Below, one piece after another: positions 10,260-20,103 of a stretch of DNA of 64,000 bases. Both the position numbers and the translations under genes were made by a program. The notes beneath the pieces were generated by a model. That model worked only from the letters and a program-made list of their open reading frames with translations, searched no databases and had not been told where the DNA came from. Numbering within the stretch: position 1 is the first letter of the stretch; the number at the start of each line of letters is the position of its first letter. Location: assembly GCA_040767085.1 (NCBI GenBank), contig JAXGPF010000010.1, positions 1 to 64,000 on the forward strand. Reading direction: 5' to 3'. This DNA comes from Kiritimatiellia bacterium. Lineage in GTDB: Bacteria > Verrucomicrobiota > Kiritimatiellia > JAAZAB01.

Positions 10260-10288
10260 ACAATACATCATGTGGGTTAACATGTCAA
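10260..10288 (-). promoter_or_regulatory. Sigma70-type promoter of the antitoxin with an overlapping inverted repeat (putative autoregulatory operator)
   Basis: Minus strand reads TTGACA-17 bp-TATTGT, ending 7 nt before the ATG. CATGT-N6-ACATG inverted repeat overlaps the spacer and -35. Confidence 0.7.
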
Positions 10289-10308
10289 CCATTTCTTCTG
10301 CCAGTGCT

Positions 10309-10775
10309 GAAAGGGGCAAAGGCACAAAGGGGCAGTGTCTGGCCCTTTCGCGTTCTTTGCGTTCTTTTGGGGTGAATTTCTTCCCCTTCGTGCTCTTCGT
10401 GCCCTTCGTGGTTAAATCACAAAGGGGCAAAGGCACAAAGGGGCAGTGTCTGGTCCTTTTGCGTTCTTTGCGTTCTTTTGGGGTGAATTTCTTCCCCTTC
10501 GTGCTCTTCGTGTCCTTCGTGGTTAAATCAGAAAAGGGGCAGAGGATCAAAGGCACAAAGGGGCAGTGTCTGGTCCTTTTGCGTTCTTTGCGTTCTTTTG
10601 CGGTGAATTTCTTCCCCTTCGTGCTCTTCGTGCCCTTCGTGGTTAAATCACAAAGGGGCAAAGTGTTCAGTTTTCAGGCGTAAAACCATAAAACGGAAAC
10701 CCTTAAAACTTACAAAATTCCGCCTTCGCGTTTTTTGCGGTGAATTTCCCCGGTCTTGTTTCGTGGTTATTTCCC
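10309..10775. repeat. Mosaic repeat: three tandem D-B-C units (periods 111 and 120 bp), then A and degenerate B/C
   Basis: GGGCAGTGTCTGG starts at 10330, 10441 and 10561; the units are nearly identical. Confidence 0.95.
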
Positions 10776-10839
10776 GGATTTTGTGAATTTTGCTCTTTTT
10801 TGTGGATTTTTCCAACATTTCCTGTCAATAATCGTAACC

Positions 10840-12279
10840 ATGTCATGGAATCACGTAAAAAAACACTGGCAAGAGCCCAATGGTTATGCGGCGGTATTGC
10901 GCATGGGCATACCGCTGGTCATCAGCATGGGCGCCACGACCTTGATGCTGTTTACCGACCGCGTATTCCTGGGGCGGTACAGCGTGGATGCCATCGCCGC
11001 CGCGGGGCCGGCGGGGGCCATGGCATTTGTCTTTCTCGCCTTTTTCGGCGGCATCGGAAGTTATGCCAGCACTTTCATTGCCCAGTATTCCGGCGCCAGG
11101 CGGCCGCGGCAGATTGGCCGGACCCTGTGGCAGGCGCAATACTTTACCCTGCTGGCCGGCGCCTTGCTCGCCATCGGCGCCGGGATGGCGCGCCCCATGT
11201 TCGAATTAATCGGCCATGCCCCGGCCATCCGCGAACTGGAAATCGTCTATTTCCGCATCCTGATGCTCGGCGGCATCACCCATGTCTGGCATGATGTCCT
11301 GGCGTGTTATTTTTCCGGGCGCGGAGTTACCCGTCCCATCATGCTGGTCAGTATCGCCGGAGCAGTTCTCAATATCCCCCTGGATTATGTCATGATCTAT
11401 GGCTGGGGTCCCATCCCGGAGCTGGGCGTGGGCGGCGCCGCCGGCGCCACGGTCATCAGCCAGACCTTCATCTGCGTTCTACTGGCCGCCATGGTTTTCC
11501 GCCGCCGGAATGACCTCGTCCATGGCGTTATCAGCGAACGCAAACTGGATTTGGAATTATTCCGGCGGCTGATGCGGTTCGGCCTGCCCAGCGGTGTGCA
11601 AGTCGCGGTGGACACCACCGCTTTTTCGTTTTTTCTTTTGATCATCGGACGGCTGGGCCGGATGGAACTGGCGGTGAGCAATATTGTCTTTTCCATCAAC
11701 TCGCTGGTTTTCATGCCCATGCTGGGACTTTCCATCGCCACCGCCACGCTGGTCGGCCAGGCAATCGGCAGGGAAAAGCCCGACGAGGGCGTAACCGCCA
11801 CCCGTAATGCCCTGCATTTGACGATGCTGTATATGGGCGCAATGGCATTGCTGCTGGTGCTGTTTCCCAATCCCCTTTTACGACTGTTTCTGCCGCCCGG
11901 GTCCGCGCCGGCGGAAGCGGCGGAAATTCTGTCCACCGGAGCAATGCTGCTGGTTTTCGTGGCGATTTACAGTCTGCTGGACACCATGAATGTCGTCTAT
12001 TCCGGCGCATTGCGCGGGGCGGGCGATGTGCGATTCGTCACCTGGACGATCGCCATCCTCTCCTTCGGAATCATGGTTGTGCCATCCTGGATTGCCGTGG
12101 AGTGGCTGGGCGGCGGCATTTACACCGTCTGGACCATCGGCTCGTTTTATATCTGCGTGCTCGCACTGGTGTTCTGGCGGCGGTTTCGCCAGGGGCGATG
12201 GAAGTCCATGCGGGTGATTGAACCGGCCGTGGGGCTGGTGCAAGGGGGCGTGGGCCCGGGCCGGAATGTGATGACCTGA
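10840..12279 (+). CDS. MATE family efflux transporter
   Basis: FTDRVFLGRYSVDAIAA, LNIPLDYVMIYG..PELGVGGAAGAT and GALRGAGD motifs; ~12 TM segments; start at MSWNH. Confidence 0.93.
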   Translation: MSWNHVKKHWQEPNGYAAVLRMGIPLVISMGATTLMLFTDRVFLGRYSVDAIAAAGPAGAMAFVFLAFFGGIGSYASTFIAQYSGARRPRQIGRTLWQAQYFTLLAGALLAIGAGMARPMFELIGHAPAIRELEIVYFRILMLGGITHVWHDVLACYFSGRGVTRPIMLVSIAGAVLNIPLDYVMIYGWGPIPELGVGGAAGATVISQTFICVLLAAMVFRRRNDLVHGVISERKLDLELFRRLMRFGLPSGVQVAVDTTAFSFFLLIIGRLGRMELAVSNIVFSINSLVFMPMLGLSIATATLVGQAIGREKPDEGVTATRNALHLTMLYMGAMALLLVLFPNPLLRLFLPPGSAPAEAAEILSTGAMLLVFVAIYSLLDTMNVVYSGALRGAGDVRFVTWTIAILSFGIMVVPSWIAVEWLGGGIYTVWTIGSFYICVLALVFWRRFRQGRWKSMRVIEPAVGLVQGGVGPGRNVMT

Positions 12280-12304
12280 GCGCCATGCGGGACGCATTCT
12301 TCCG

Positions 12305-12675
12305 CTGGAGGGCGAACTTGGGCGGCGCAAGTTTTAAGGTTTTCCGTTTTATGGTTTTACGCCTGAAAACTGAACACTTTGCCCCTTTTCTGATTTAACC
12401 ACGAAGGACACGAAGATCACGAAGGGCGGAAAATTCACCGCAAAAGAACGCAAAGAACGCGAAAGTCCAGACACTGCCCCTCTGATCCTTTGCCCCTTCT
12501 GCCCATTTTGCCGATTTTGCTTGTGTTTGACACTGCGTTTCATAAAGTATGTTGCATTCGCCCGGCGGAAGACCAGCCCAGTCAGGCGCGTCGCCGGCTT
12601 TGGACTTGGAATCTGCGCAAATCTGCGTAATCTGCGGATAAAAATGATCCGCGGATGAAACAGATTCACACAGAT
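12305..12675. repeat. Mosaic repeat in reverse orientation (E' fragment, A', C', B', D') plus module F
   Basis: Reverse complement of modules at 10540-10715; AATCTGCGCAAATCTGCGTAATCTGCGGATAAA at ~12610. Confidence 0.9.
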
Positions 12676-12733
12676 GAGATGGAAGGCCTCAATTAGGATT
12701 GCGGGCTTGCGCCTGCTTCAGGAAGGAACATGC

Positions 12734-14719
12734 ATGAAAGCAGTGGTTTTGGCCTATCACAATATCGGATGCGCCGGACTGGAAGCCCTCTTGCGCCATG
12801 GATTCGATATCCAGGCGGTGTTCACACACAAGGACGATACCAGGGAAAAAATCTGGTTCGGTTCCGTAGCGGAACAGGCGGCGCGGCATCGTTTGCCGGC
12901 ATTTGCCCCGGACAACATCAATCATCCCATCTGGCGCGACCGTATCCGGGCTTTGCAGCCCGATGTGATTTTTTCGTTTTATTACCGCCACATGGTTAAG
13001 CCGGATATCCTGGAAATCCCGCCCCTGGGCTGCCTGAATCTGCACGGATCGCTGTTGCCCAAGTACCGCGGCCGCTGCCCGGTCAACTGGGTGCTGGTAA
13101 ACGGCGAACGCGAGACGGGGATGACCTTGCACTACATGACGCCGAAACCCGACGATGGCGATATTGCCGCGCAGGTCAAGGTGCCGATAGCGCCGGATGA
13201 CACTGCCGCCACCCTGTTCGACAAGATGACCAGCGCCGCCGTGGAACTGCTCGACGACGCCCTGCCGCGCCTGCTCCAGGGCAAGTTGCCGCGCCGGCCG
13301 CAGGACCACTCCCAAGCCACGTATTTCGGCGGCCGCCGGCCGGAAGACGGCGCTATTGACTGGAACAAGGACGCTGCATCCATTGACAACCTCGTGCGCG
13401 CCGTGACGCTGCCCTATCCGGGCGCCTTTACCTTCCTCGGCAGCCGCCGCCTGCTGGTCTGGCGCGTCGCCGTGGCGCCGGCTCCATCGGCATCCGCTGC
13501 GCCGGGAACCATCCTGAGCGCGAATCCGCTGGTGGTCGCCGCCGGGAAACAGGCTTTGCGCATCGAGCAGGCGCAGCCCGAAGACGATATCCTGATGGAC
13601 GGCGCCCAGGCGGCCGCCGCCATGGGCTTGAAGCCCGGTATCGTCCTGGGCCGGCGCGCGGCGCCGGCGCAGCGCAAGACCAGCGTCCTGATCCTGGGCG
13701 TCAACGGCTTTATCGGCAATGCCTTGAGCGAACGGCTGCTGCAGTCGAAAAAATACGTGGTGCATGGCATGGACCTGCACTCCGATAAGATCGCGCGCCT
13801 GATCGGGCAGCCGGATTTCTTTTTTGATGAGGGCGATATCTCCATCCACCGCGAGTGGATCGAGTACCATGTCCGCAAGTGCGACGTGATCCTGCCCCTG
13901 GTGGCCATCGCCACGCCCATCGAATACACGCGCAATCCGTTGCGGGTATTCAACCTGGATTTCGAGGAAAACCTCCGCGTGGTGCGGTATTGCGTCAAGT
14001 ACGGCAAACGCATCATCTTTCCCTCCACCTCGGAAGTGTATGGCATGTGCGACGATGAGGAGTTCGACGAGGACCATTCCCGGCTGATCCTGGGACCTAT
14101 CCGGATGCAGCGCTGGATTTATTCCTGCTCGAAACAGCTTTTGGACCGCGTGATCTGGGCGTATGGCCAGAAGGAAGGGCTGCGCTTTTCGCTGTTCCGT
14201 CCATTCAACTGGATCGGACCGCGCCTGGACAGCCTGACTTCCGCCCGCATCGGCAGCTCCCGCGCCATTACCCAGTTAATCCTGAACCTGGTGGAAGGCA
14301 CGCCGATCCGGCTCGTGGACGGCGGTGCGCAGAAACGCTGTTTTACCGACGTCAAGGACGGGGTGGAGGGATTGTTCCGGATCATTGAAAACGCCAACGG
14401 CGGCAGCGATGGCGAGATTTTCAACCTGGGCAACCCCGACAACGAAGCCAGCATCCGCGAATTAGCCGACCTGCTGGTGGCCAAGTTTGCCAGGCATCCC
14501 TTGCGGCCAAAATTCCCGCCCTTCGCCGGCATCCAGGAAGTGGAAAGCAGACTGTACTACGGCAAGGGCTACCAGGATGTCGTGCATCGCCGCCCGAGCA
14601 TCCGCAAGGCCCGGCGCATCCTGGGCTGGAATCCCGCCATCGGCCTGGAACAATCGGTGGACGAGACGCTCGATTTCTTCCTGCAGGAGGCCGTGGCATC
14701 CGGCGAATTCGGGCGGTGA
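12734..14719 (+). CDS. arnA: Bifunctional UDP-L-Ara4N formyltransferase / UDP-glucuronate dehydrogenase (decarboxylating)
   Basis: [13 protein letters not shown] and [13 protein letters not shown] in the formyltransferase half; [29 protein letters not shown] and [12 protein letters not shown] in the dehydrogenase half. Confidence 0.97.
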   Translation: MKAVVLAYHNIGCAGLEALLRHGFDIQAVFTHKDDTREKIWFGSVAEQAARHRLPAFAPDNINHPIWRDRIRALQPDVIFSFYYRHMVKPDILEIPPLGCLNLHGSLLPKYRGRCPVNWVLVNGERETGMTLHYMTPKPDDGDIAAQVKVPIAPDDTAATLFDKMTSAAVELLDDALPRLLQGKLPRRPQDHSQATYFGGRRPEDGAIDWNKDAASIDNLVRAVTLPYPGAFTFLGSRRLLVWRVAVAPAPSASAAPGTILSANPLVVAAGKQALRIEQAQPEDDILMDGAQAAAAMGLKPGIVLGRRAAPAQRKTSVLILGVNGFIGNALSERLLQSKKYVVHGMDLHSDKIARLIGQPDFFFDEGDISIHREWIEYHVRKCDVILPLVAIATPIEYTRNPLRVFNLDFEENLRVVRYCVKYGKRIIFPSTSEVYGMCDDEEFDEDHSRLILGPIRMQRWIYSCSKQLLDRVIWAYGQKEGLRFSLFRPFNWIGPRLDSLTSARIGSSRAITQLILNLVEGTPIRLVDGGAQKRCFTDVKDGVEGLFRIIENANGGSDGEIFNLGNPDNEASIRELADLLVAKFARHPLRPKFPPFAGIQEVESRLYYGKGYQDVVHRRPSIRKARRILGWNPAIGLEQSVDETLDFFLQEAVASGEFGR

Positions 14720-14751
14720 CATCCTAAAATCCCGTCACGGATTCAGGTGAA

Positions 14752-15633
14752 ATGCAAATCGGGCTAAGGGTAGATGTGGACACATTGCGCGGCACGCGCC
14801 TGGGCGTGCCGGTAATTTGCCGGACGCTGGCCGAATATGGCTGGCGCGCGTCATTCTTCTTTTCCGTGGGCCCGGATAACATGGGCCGGCACCTCTGGCG
14901 GCTGGTGCGGCCGCGGTTCCTGATCAAAATGCTCCGCAGCAACGCGCCGGCGCTTTACGGCTGGGATATCCTCCTGCGGGGCGTCTTCTGGCCCGGTCCG
15001 CTGATCGGGCCGCGTTGCGCGGCCGTAATCCGCGATACTGCCGCCGCCGGCCATGAAATCGGCCTGCATGCCTGGGATCACCAGGCCTGGCAGGCGCGCG
15101 TGGATCGTTGGCCGGACCATATTCTGCGGCGTCAACTCCGCCGGGGATACGACCTGCTGAGCGGCATTCTCGGCCGCCCGCCCACCGCCTCCGCCGCGCC
15201 GGGCTGGCGGTGCACGCCGCGGGCGCTGTCGGTCAAGGATGAGTTCGGCTTCGCCTATAACAGCGATTGCCGGGGCGAGACGGTTTTTTGTCCCCGCGTC
15301 GATGGGCGCCGGCTGCGGACGCCCCAGGTTTCGGTCAACCTGCCGACCTACGACGAATTGGTCGGACGCGATGACGTTACCGCCGCGAATTACAACCAGC
15401 GCCTGCTGGACCTGATCCAGCCGGACCGTTACAACGTCTTAACAATTCATGCCGAGGTGGAAGGCATTGCCGCCGCGGAACTTTTCCGCGAGTTTGCCGC
15501 CGCACTGGCCGCGCGCGGCGGACATTGCTGCCCGCTGGGCGAGTTGGCTGGCCAACCGGAAGATTTGCCATCCGGCATCCTGGCTCCCGGCCGGGTGCCC
15601 GGCCGGGAGGGCTGGGTGGCGGTCGCGCATTGA
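14752..15633 (+). CDS. arnD: Undecaprenyl-phosphate L-Ara4FN deformylase
   Basis: IGLRVDVDTLRGTRLGVP, SVGPDNMGRHLWRL, GLHAWDH and TIHAEVEG motifs; follows arnA. Confidence 0.95.
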   Translation: MQIGLRVDVDTLRGTRLGVPVICRTLAEYGWRASFFFSVGPDNMGRHLWRLVRPRFLIKMLRSNAPALYGWDILLRGVFWPGPLIGPRCAAVIRDTAAAGHEIGLHAWDHQAWQARVDRWPDHILRRQLRRGYDLLSGILGRPPTASAAPGWRCTPRALSVKDEFGFAYNSDCRGETVFCPRVDGRRLRTPQVSVNLPTYDELVGRDDVTAANYNQRLLDLIQPDRYNVLTIHAEVEGIAAAELFREFAAALAARGGHCCPLGELAGQPEDLPSGILAPGRVPGREGWVAVAH

Positions 15634-15699
15634 TTGGCGCCGCGCCGGTGGGCGGGAACGTACCGGCAGATCAGGTGGGAAGCGGATGTTTTTACCACG

Positions 15700-15960
15700 G
15701 AGTCCGGCAAAGCCGGATGAAGGCGGCGGAATCGGAGGATTTGAACAGAAGACTCACCACAGGTTCGCCCTCCAGGGATCAAAGTGTTCAGTTTCAGGCG
15801 TAAACCCATAAAACGGAAAACCTTAAAACGTACAAATTTCCGCTTTCGCGTTCTTTGCGTTCTTTTGCGGTGAATTTTCCGCCCTTCGTGATCTTCGTGT
15901 CCTTCGTGGTTAAATCAGAAAAGAGGCAAAGTGTTCAGTTTTCAGGCGTAAAACCATAAT
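15700..15960. repeat. Mosaic repeat, forward (hairpin, E-A-B-C-A fragment)
   Basis: CACAGGTTCGCCCTCCAGGGATCAAAGTGTTCAG... through CTTCGTGTCCTTCGTGGTTAAATC; ends just before the ATG at 15965. Confidence 0.92.
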
Positions 15961-15964
15961 CTGG

Positions 15965-16861
15965 ATGCCGGATATGTCGGAATTGCAACAAATATTACGC
16001 GTGGCGGATGCCTGGCGCGATTACGAATTGATCGATTGCGGCGCTGGACGCCGCCTGGAACGCTGGGGCAAGTTCAAACTGATCCGGCCCGACCCCCAGG
16101 CCATCTGGCCCTGCGCCGCGCCGGAGCAGTGGCGCGGCGCGGACGCCTGTTACCACCGCAGCGCCGAGGGCGGCGGGCATTGGGAAATGTCGCAGCCGTT
16201 GCCGGAATTCTGGACGGTGGCTTACCGCCGCCTGACTTTCAAAGTGCGCCCGACCGGATTCAAACACATGGGGTTGTTCCCCGAGCAGGCGGTAAACTGG
16301 GACTGGATTGACGCGCAAATCCGCGGCGCGGGGCGGCCGGTCAGATTGCTCAACCTTTTTGGCTATACCGGCGCGGCCACCGCCGCCGCCGCCGCCGCCG
16401 GGGCGCAGGTCTGCCACGTGGACGCGGCGCGCGGCATGGTGCAATGGTGCCGGGAAAATCTGGCGCTCTCCGGCCTGGGAGCGGCGCCGGTGCGGTATAT
16501 CGTGGACGATTGCCTGGCTTTCATCCGCCGGGAACAGCGGCGCGGCCGGCGCTATGACGCCCTGGTGATGGATCCGCCTTCCTACGGCCGCGGCAGCCGG
16601 GGTGAAGTATGGAAACTGGAAGACCAACTGGCGCTGCTGCTGGGCGAATGCCGGAAACTGCTTTCGGATACCCCCCTGTTTTTCCTGGTCAACGCTTACA
16701 CCACCGGCTTGTCGCCCATCGTGCTGGTGAACCTGCTGCGCGATCTCATGCCCGCGCCAGCCGGCCGGATCGCCGGGGGCGAGTTGGGCTTGCCCGCCAG
16801 TGCGGGCGGCCGGATTCTGCCCTGCGGGATTTACGCGGCCTGGGAAATAGGCAGCGGATAA
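15965..16861 (+). CDS. Class I SAM-dependent methyltransferase (RlmI/RlmK-related)
   Basis: DYELIDCG..RRLERWG, FKHMGLFPEQAVNW, LLNLFGYTG and MDPPSYG motifs. Confidence 0.9.
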   Translation: MPDMSELQQILRVADAWRDYELIDCGAGRRLERWGKFKLIRPDPQAIWPCAAPEQWRGADACYHRSAEGGGHWEMSQPLPEFWTVAYRRLTFKVRPTGFKHMGLFPEQAVNWDWIDAQIRGAGRPVRLLNLFGYTGAATAAAAAAGAQVCHVDAARGMVQWCRENLALSGLGAAPVRYIVDDCLAFIRREQRRGRRYDALVMDPPSYGRGSRGEVWKLEDQLALLLGECRKLLSDTPLFFLVNAYTTGLSPIVLVNLLRDLMPAPAGRIAGGELGLPASAGGRILPCGIYAAWEIGSG

Positions 16862-16869
16862 ATGAACGG

Positions 16870-17050
16870 AGCGGAAATCGGAATTTAACCACGAAGGACA
16901 CGAAGATCACGAAGGCGGGGAAAATTCACCGCAAAAGAACGCAAAGAACGCGAAAGCGGAAATTTGTAAGTTTTAAGGTTTAACGTTTTATGGTTTTACG
17001 CCTGAAAACTGAACACTATGATCCCTGGAGGGCGAACCTGCGGTGAGCTG
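16870..17050. repeat. Mosaic repeat, reverse (C'-B'-A'-E')
   Basis: 16883-17047 is a near-perfect reverse complement of ~15753-15914. Confidence 0.92.
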
Positions 17051-17155
17051 ACCCGGAAATTAGCCACAAGATAAAGAAGGTTCACACAAAGGTAGTATTT
17101 TAGTAGGGCGGAAGGTGTGTGAGTGCGGAAGTTGCCATAGAATACGCAGCGACTA

Positions 17156-19756
17156 ATGAAAAACGACTCCCAAACCCCCAAACTCAAGCATTCACCAACA
17201 CCCATCCAATCACCCCCCCCACACTCACGCGCGATCCAACAGGTGCAATTCCGCCCGGAATTGATGGCTCCGGCAGGCGGACCGGATGCCGGCTATGCCG
17301 CGCTGCATTTCGGCGCGGATGCCATTTACCTCGGGTTGGCCGGCTTTTCGGCGCGTGCTGATGCGGAAAATTTTTCACTGGAAACGCTTTCGTCAATCAC
17401 GGCTTACGCGCATTCCCTGCTGCCGCGCCGGCGCGTTTACGTCGCTTTCAATACCCTCGTGCAGGACGCCGAACTGCCGGCCGCCGCTGACAGATTGCAG
17501 GCGCTGGCGGAATTGCAGGTGGACGCCCTGATTATCCAGGACCTGGGCGTGTTGCGGCTGGCGCGGGAATATGCGCCGGAGTTGGCCCGGCATGCCAGCA
17601 CCCAGTTGGCCGTGCATAACCTGCCGGGCGCGCGCGCGGCGCGGGCGCTCGGATTCCAGCGGGTGACGCTGGCGCGGGAGTTGACTTTACCCGAAATCCG
17701 GGCAATCGCGCGGGATGGCGGGGTGGAAGTCGAAACTTTCGTGCATGGCGCGCTCTGTTACAGTTACAGCGGGTTATGCCTTTTTTCTTCGCATTTGCTG
17801 GGACGCAGCGGCAACCGCGGCCGGTGCGCTTATCTCTGCCGTGAAATATTCCAGCCGCCGGACGCGCCGGCGAAGGCCGCGCCGGATTTTCCTTTTTCGA
17901 TGAAAGACCTGGCCCTGGACGAATTGACGCCGCAGTTGGCGCGTGCGGGCGTCAGCGCCTTGAAAATCGAAGGCCGGAAAAAATCATCCCTGTACGTGGC
18001 CATGGTGACGCGCTTGTATCGGCGGCTGCTGGACGGGCCTGTGCGGTCCGCGGAACTGCAGGCGCTGGCGGATGATGTGCGGGTGGTTTTCAGCCGCCCT
18101 TGGACGGAATTGTATGCGCGCTCCGCCGGGGCCGCAACGCCGGTGGAACGTTGCGGCGTCGGACACCGCGGCTGCCCGATCGGCGCGGCGGCGGGCATCC
18201 GGCGCAGCGGCAGGTGCGATTGGCTGGCCTTCCAAACCGGCCGCGCCCTGGAATTGCACGATGGCTTGCAGGTGGATTTGCCCGGCGTGCCGCGCCCGTA
18301 TGGTTTTGCCGTCGCCGCCATGCGTCAGGCTGGCAAGTCCACCCCGCGGCCGCCGGTGCGCGTGGATGCCGGCGCGCGGATCGAGGTGCGGCTGCCGGAC
18401 GATCATCCGTCAATTCCAGCCGGAGCGCGCATCTCTTGCGCCGCTTCGCAGGCGGTGAAACGCGCCGGGCAGTTTCCGCGTCCGCGCCCCGGGCAATACC
18501 GGGTGCGTCATCCGGTTACAGTGACTCTGGCAATCGGCAACGATGGCATCCGCGTCCAGGCCCGGTCGCATTGGCCGGGCGCGCCGGCGCCGGCCACGGT
18601 GTCGTTTTGCCTGGAGTACGCCGCCCCGCCGGCGCGCGGGGAAGGGCTGACGCCCGACGCCGCGCGGCAAGCCATTGCGCAAATGCAGGATACCGATTGG
18701 CGGCTGACGGAATTTAATCTTTCCAATCCCGAACGCCGGTTTGTGCCGGTTTCCGTCCTGAAAAATGCCAGGCGGCAAATGTTGGCGGCGTTGGAAGCCT
18801 GCCGGGCCGCCCGGCGGGAGGATACCCGGGAGCGCGTGTCTGTCTGGTTGGGCGATGTTTGCGGCAGGGCAACGCCTCCCTGCTGTGTCAGGACTACGCA
18901 GGGCATGCCGGCGGAGCCGTCCGTCAAGCAATGGTTATGGTCATTAAAAACCGACCAGCCTGAGTGCCTGGAATCATTCGAGACGCAGGATTGCGTTGAC
19001 CTGGAAGAATTGGTGCTCGACATCGCCGGGTGGGATTTGGCGGAAGGGCGCCGATGTCTGGCGGCCTGGCGCGAGAGGCTGGGGCCGGACCGGCTGCGGT
19101 TAGCCTTGCCGATTATCGTCCGCGCTGCGGATGAATTGAAATTACGGCCGGTTATCCGGGCGCTGTGTCAGGCTGGCTGGCGCCGCTGGGAGATTTCCAA
19201 TATCGGCGGCATGGAATTGCTGCGGGCGGCCGGGGCGGATCCGGCGGCCCTGGATTTGGCCGCCGATTGGCCGCTTTACGCCGTCAACCGCGCCGCCAGC
19301 CGGCAATTGGCGGATATGGGGATCACCCGGTTGACACTGTCGCCGGAAGATGGCCGGGATAACTGGCGCGCATTATTACTGCATCTGGCTGTGCCGGCCG
19401 TGGCGATCGTTTACCAGGATACGCCGTTGATGTTGTCGGAAACCTGCATCCTGCGTTCGCCCCGCTGTTCCGGCAAGGGCGGGTGCCGCCGGCCGGAAAT
19501 GGATTTAAAATCGGCGCATGGCGATTTGCTCCATGTCTGCCGCCGCGGATGCCGGAACGTGTTGATCAACCAGCAGCCTTTGAATTTATGGCCGCGCCGC
19601 CGTGAGCTTTGGGAGATCGGCGTCCGGCGCGTTCGTGCCGACTTTATCTGGCGGACTTATTCCCCGGCCGCCACGCGGGAAATCTGGCGCAGTTTGCGCG
19701 CCGGAACCGATGGTCCGGCCGGCCATTGCGGCAATTTCAACCGGGGCATGGCGTAA
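17156..19756 (+). CDS. Peptidase U32 family protein, long form (RlhA-like RNA hydroxylation family)
   Basis: PELMAPAG, GADAIYLG, HASTQ, ETFVHGALCYSYSGLCLFS..RSGNRGRCAYLCR and LKIEGR motifs. Start uncertain: ATG 17156 or GTG 17243. Confidence 0.9.
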   Translation: MKNDSQTPKLKHSPTPIQSPPPHSRAIQQVQFRPELMAPAGGPDAGYAALHFGADAIYLGLAGFSARADAENFSLETLSSITAYAHSLLPRRRVYVAFNTLVQDAELPAAADRLQALAELQVDALIIQDLGVLRLAREYAPELARHASTQLAVHNLPGARAARALGFQRVTLARELTLPEIRAIARDGGVEVETFVHGALCYSYSGLCLFSSHLLGRSGNRGRCAYLCREIFQPPDAPAKAAPDFPFSMKDLALDELTPQLARAGVSALKIEGRKKSSLYVAMVTRLYRRLLDGPVRSAELQALADDVRVVFSRPWTELYARSAGAATPVERCGVGHRGCPIGAAAGIRRSGRCDWLAFQTGRALELHDGLQVDLPGVPRPYGFAVAAMRQAGKSTPRPPVRVDAGARIEVRLPDDHPSIPAGARISCAASQAVKRAGQFPRPRPGQYRVRHPVTVTLAIGNDGIRVQARSHWPGAPAPATVSFCLEYAAPPARGEGLTPDAARQAIAQMQDTDWRLTEFNLSNPERRFVPVSVLKNARRQMLAALEACRAARREDTRERVSVWLGDVCGRATPPCCVRTTQGMPAEPSVKQWLWSLKTDQPECLESFETQDCVDLEELVLDIAGWDLAEGRRCLAAWRERLGPDRLRLALPIIVRAADELKLRPVIRALCQAGWRRWEISNIGGMELLRAAGADPAALDLAADWPLYAVNRAASRQLADMGITRLTLSPEDGRDNWRALLLHLAVPAVAIVYQDTPLMLSETCILRSPRCSGKGGCRRPEMDLKSAHGDLLHVCRRGCRNVLINQQPLNLWPRRRELWEIGVRRVRADFIWRTYSPAATREIWRSLRAGTDGPAGHCGNFNRGMA

Positions 19757-19767
19757 CCAGGCAATGA

Positions 19768-20075
19768 CGCGAAGCGGAAATTTATACGTTTTAAGGTTTA
19801 CCGTTTTATGGTTTTACGCCTGAAAACTCAACACTTTGCCCCTTTCCTGATTTAACCACGAAGGACACGAAGAGCACGAAGCAAACAATATTCACCACAA
19901 AAGAACGCAAAGAACGCGAAAGCGGAAATTTGTACATTTTAAGGTTTTCCGTTTTATGGTTTTACGTCTCAGAACTGAACAATTTGATTCCTGGAGGGCG
20001 AACCTGTGGTGAGCCTTCTGTTTGCCCCCCCAAAAAAAACCTTATTCTGCCCTTGTTCCGCCTTCTGTTCAAACA
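19768..20075. repeat. Mosaic repeat, reverse (A'-C'-B'-A'-E'), internal period ~148 bp
   Basis: GCGGAAATTT(A/G)TAC..TTTTAAGGTTT..GTTTTATGGTTTTACG occurs twice (~19774 and ~19922). Confidence 0.92.
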
Positions 20076-20103
20076 AACGGAACCATGCTTCACGTCCCGG
20101 CTC

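Noticed and set aside
10309-10660. Possible CRISPR array
   Set aside because: Whole units are near-identical with no unique spacers, the period is over 100 bp, and no cas genes are in the window.
10224-10683. ORFs 10224..10661 (-) and 10243..10683 (+)
   Set aside because: Translations of the tandem repeat; they overlap the antitoxin start and promoter and have no recognisable domain.
12349-12669. Short ORFs in repeat loci (also 4150..4479, 19930..20130, 21251..21511)
   Set aside because: Derived from repeat modules and share the same low-complexity peptides; not credible genes.
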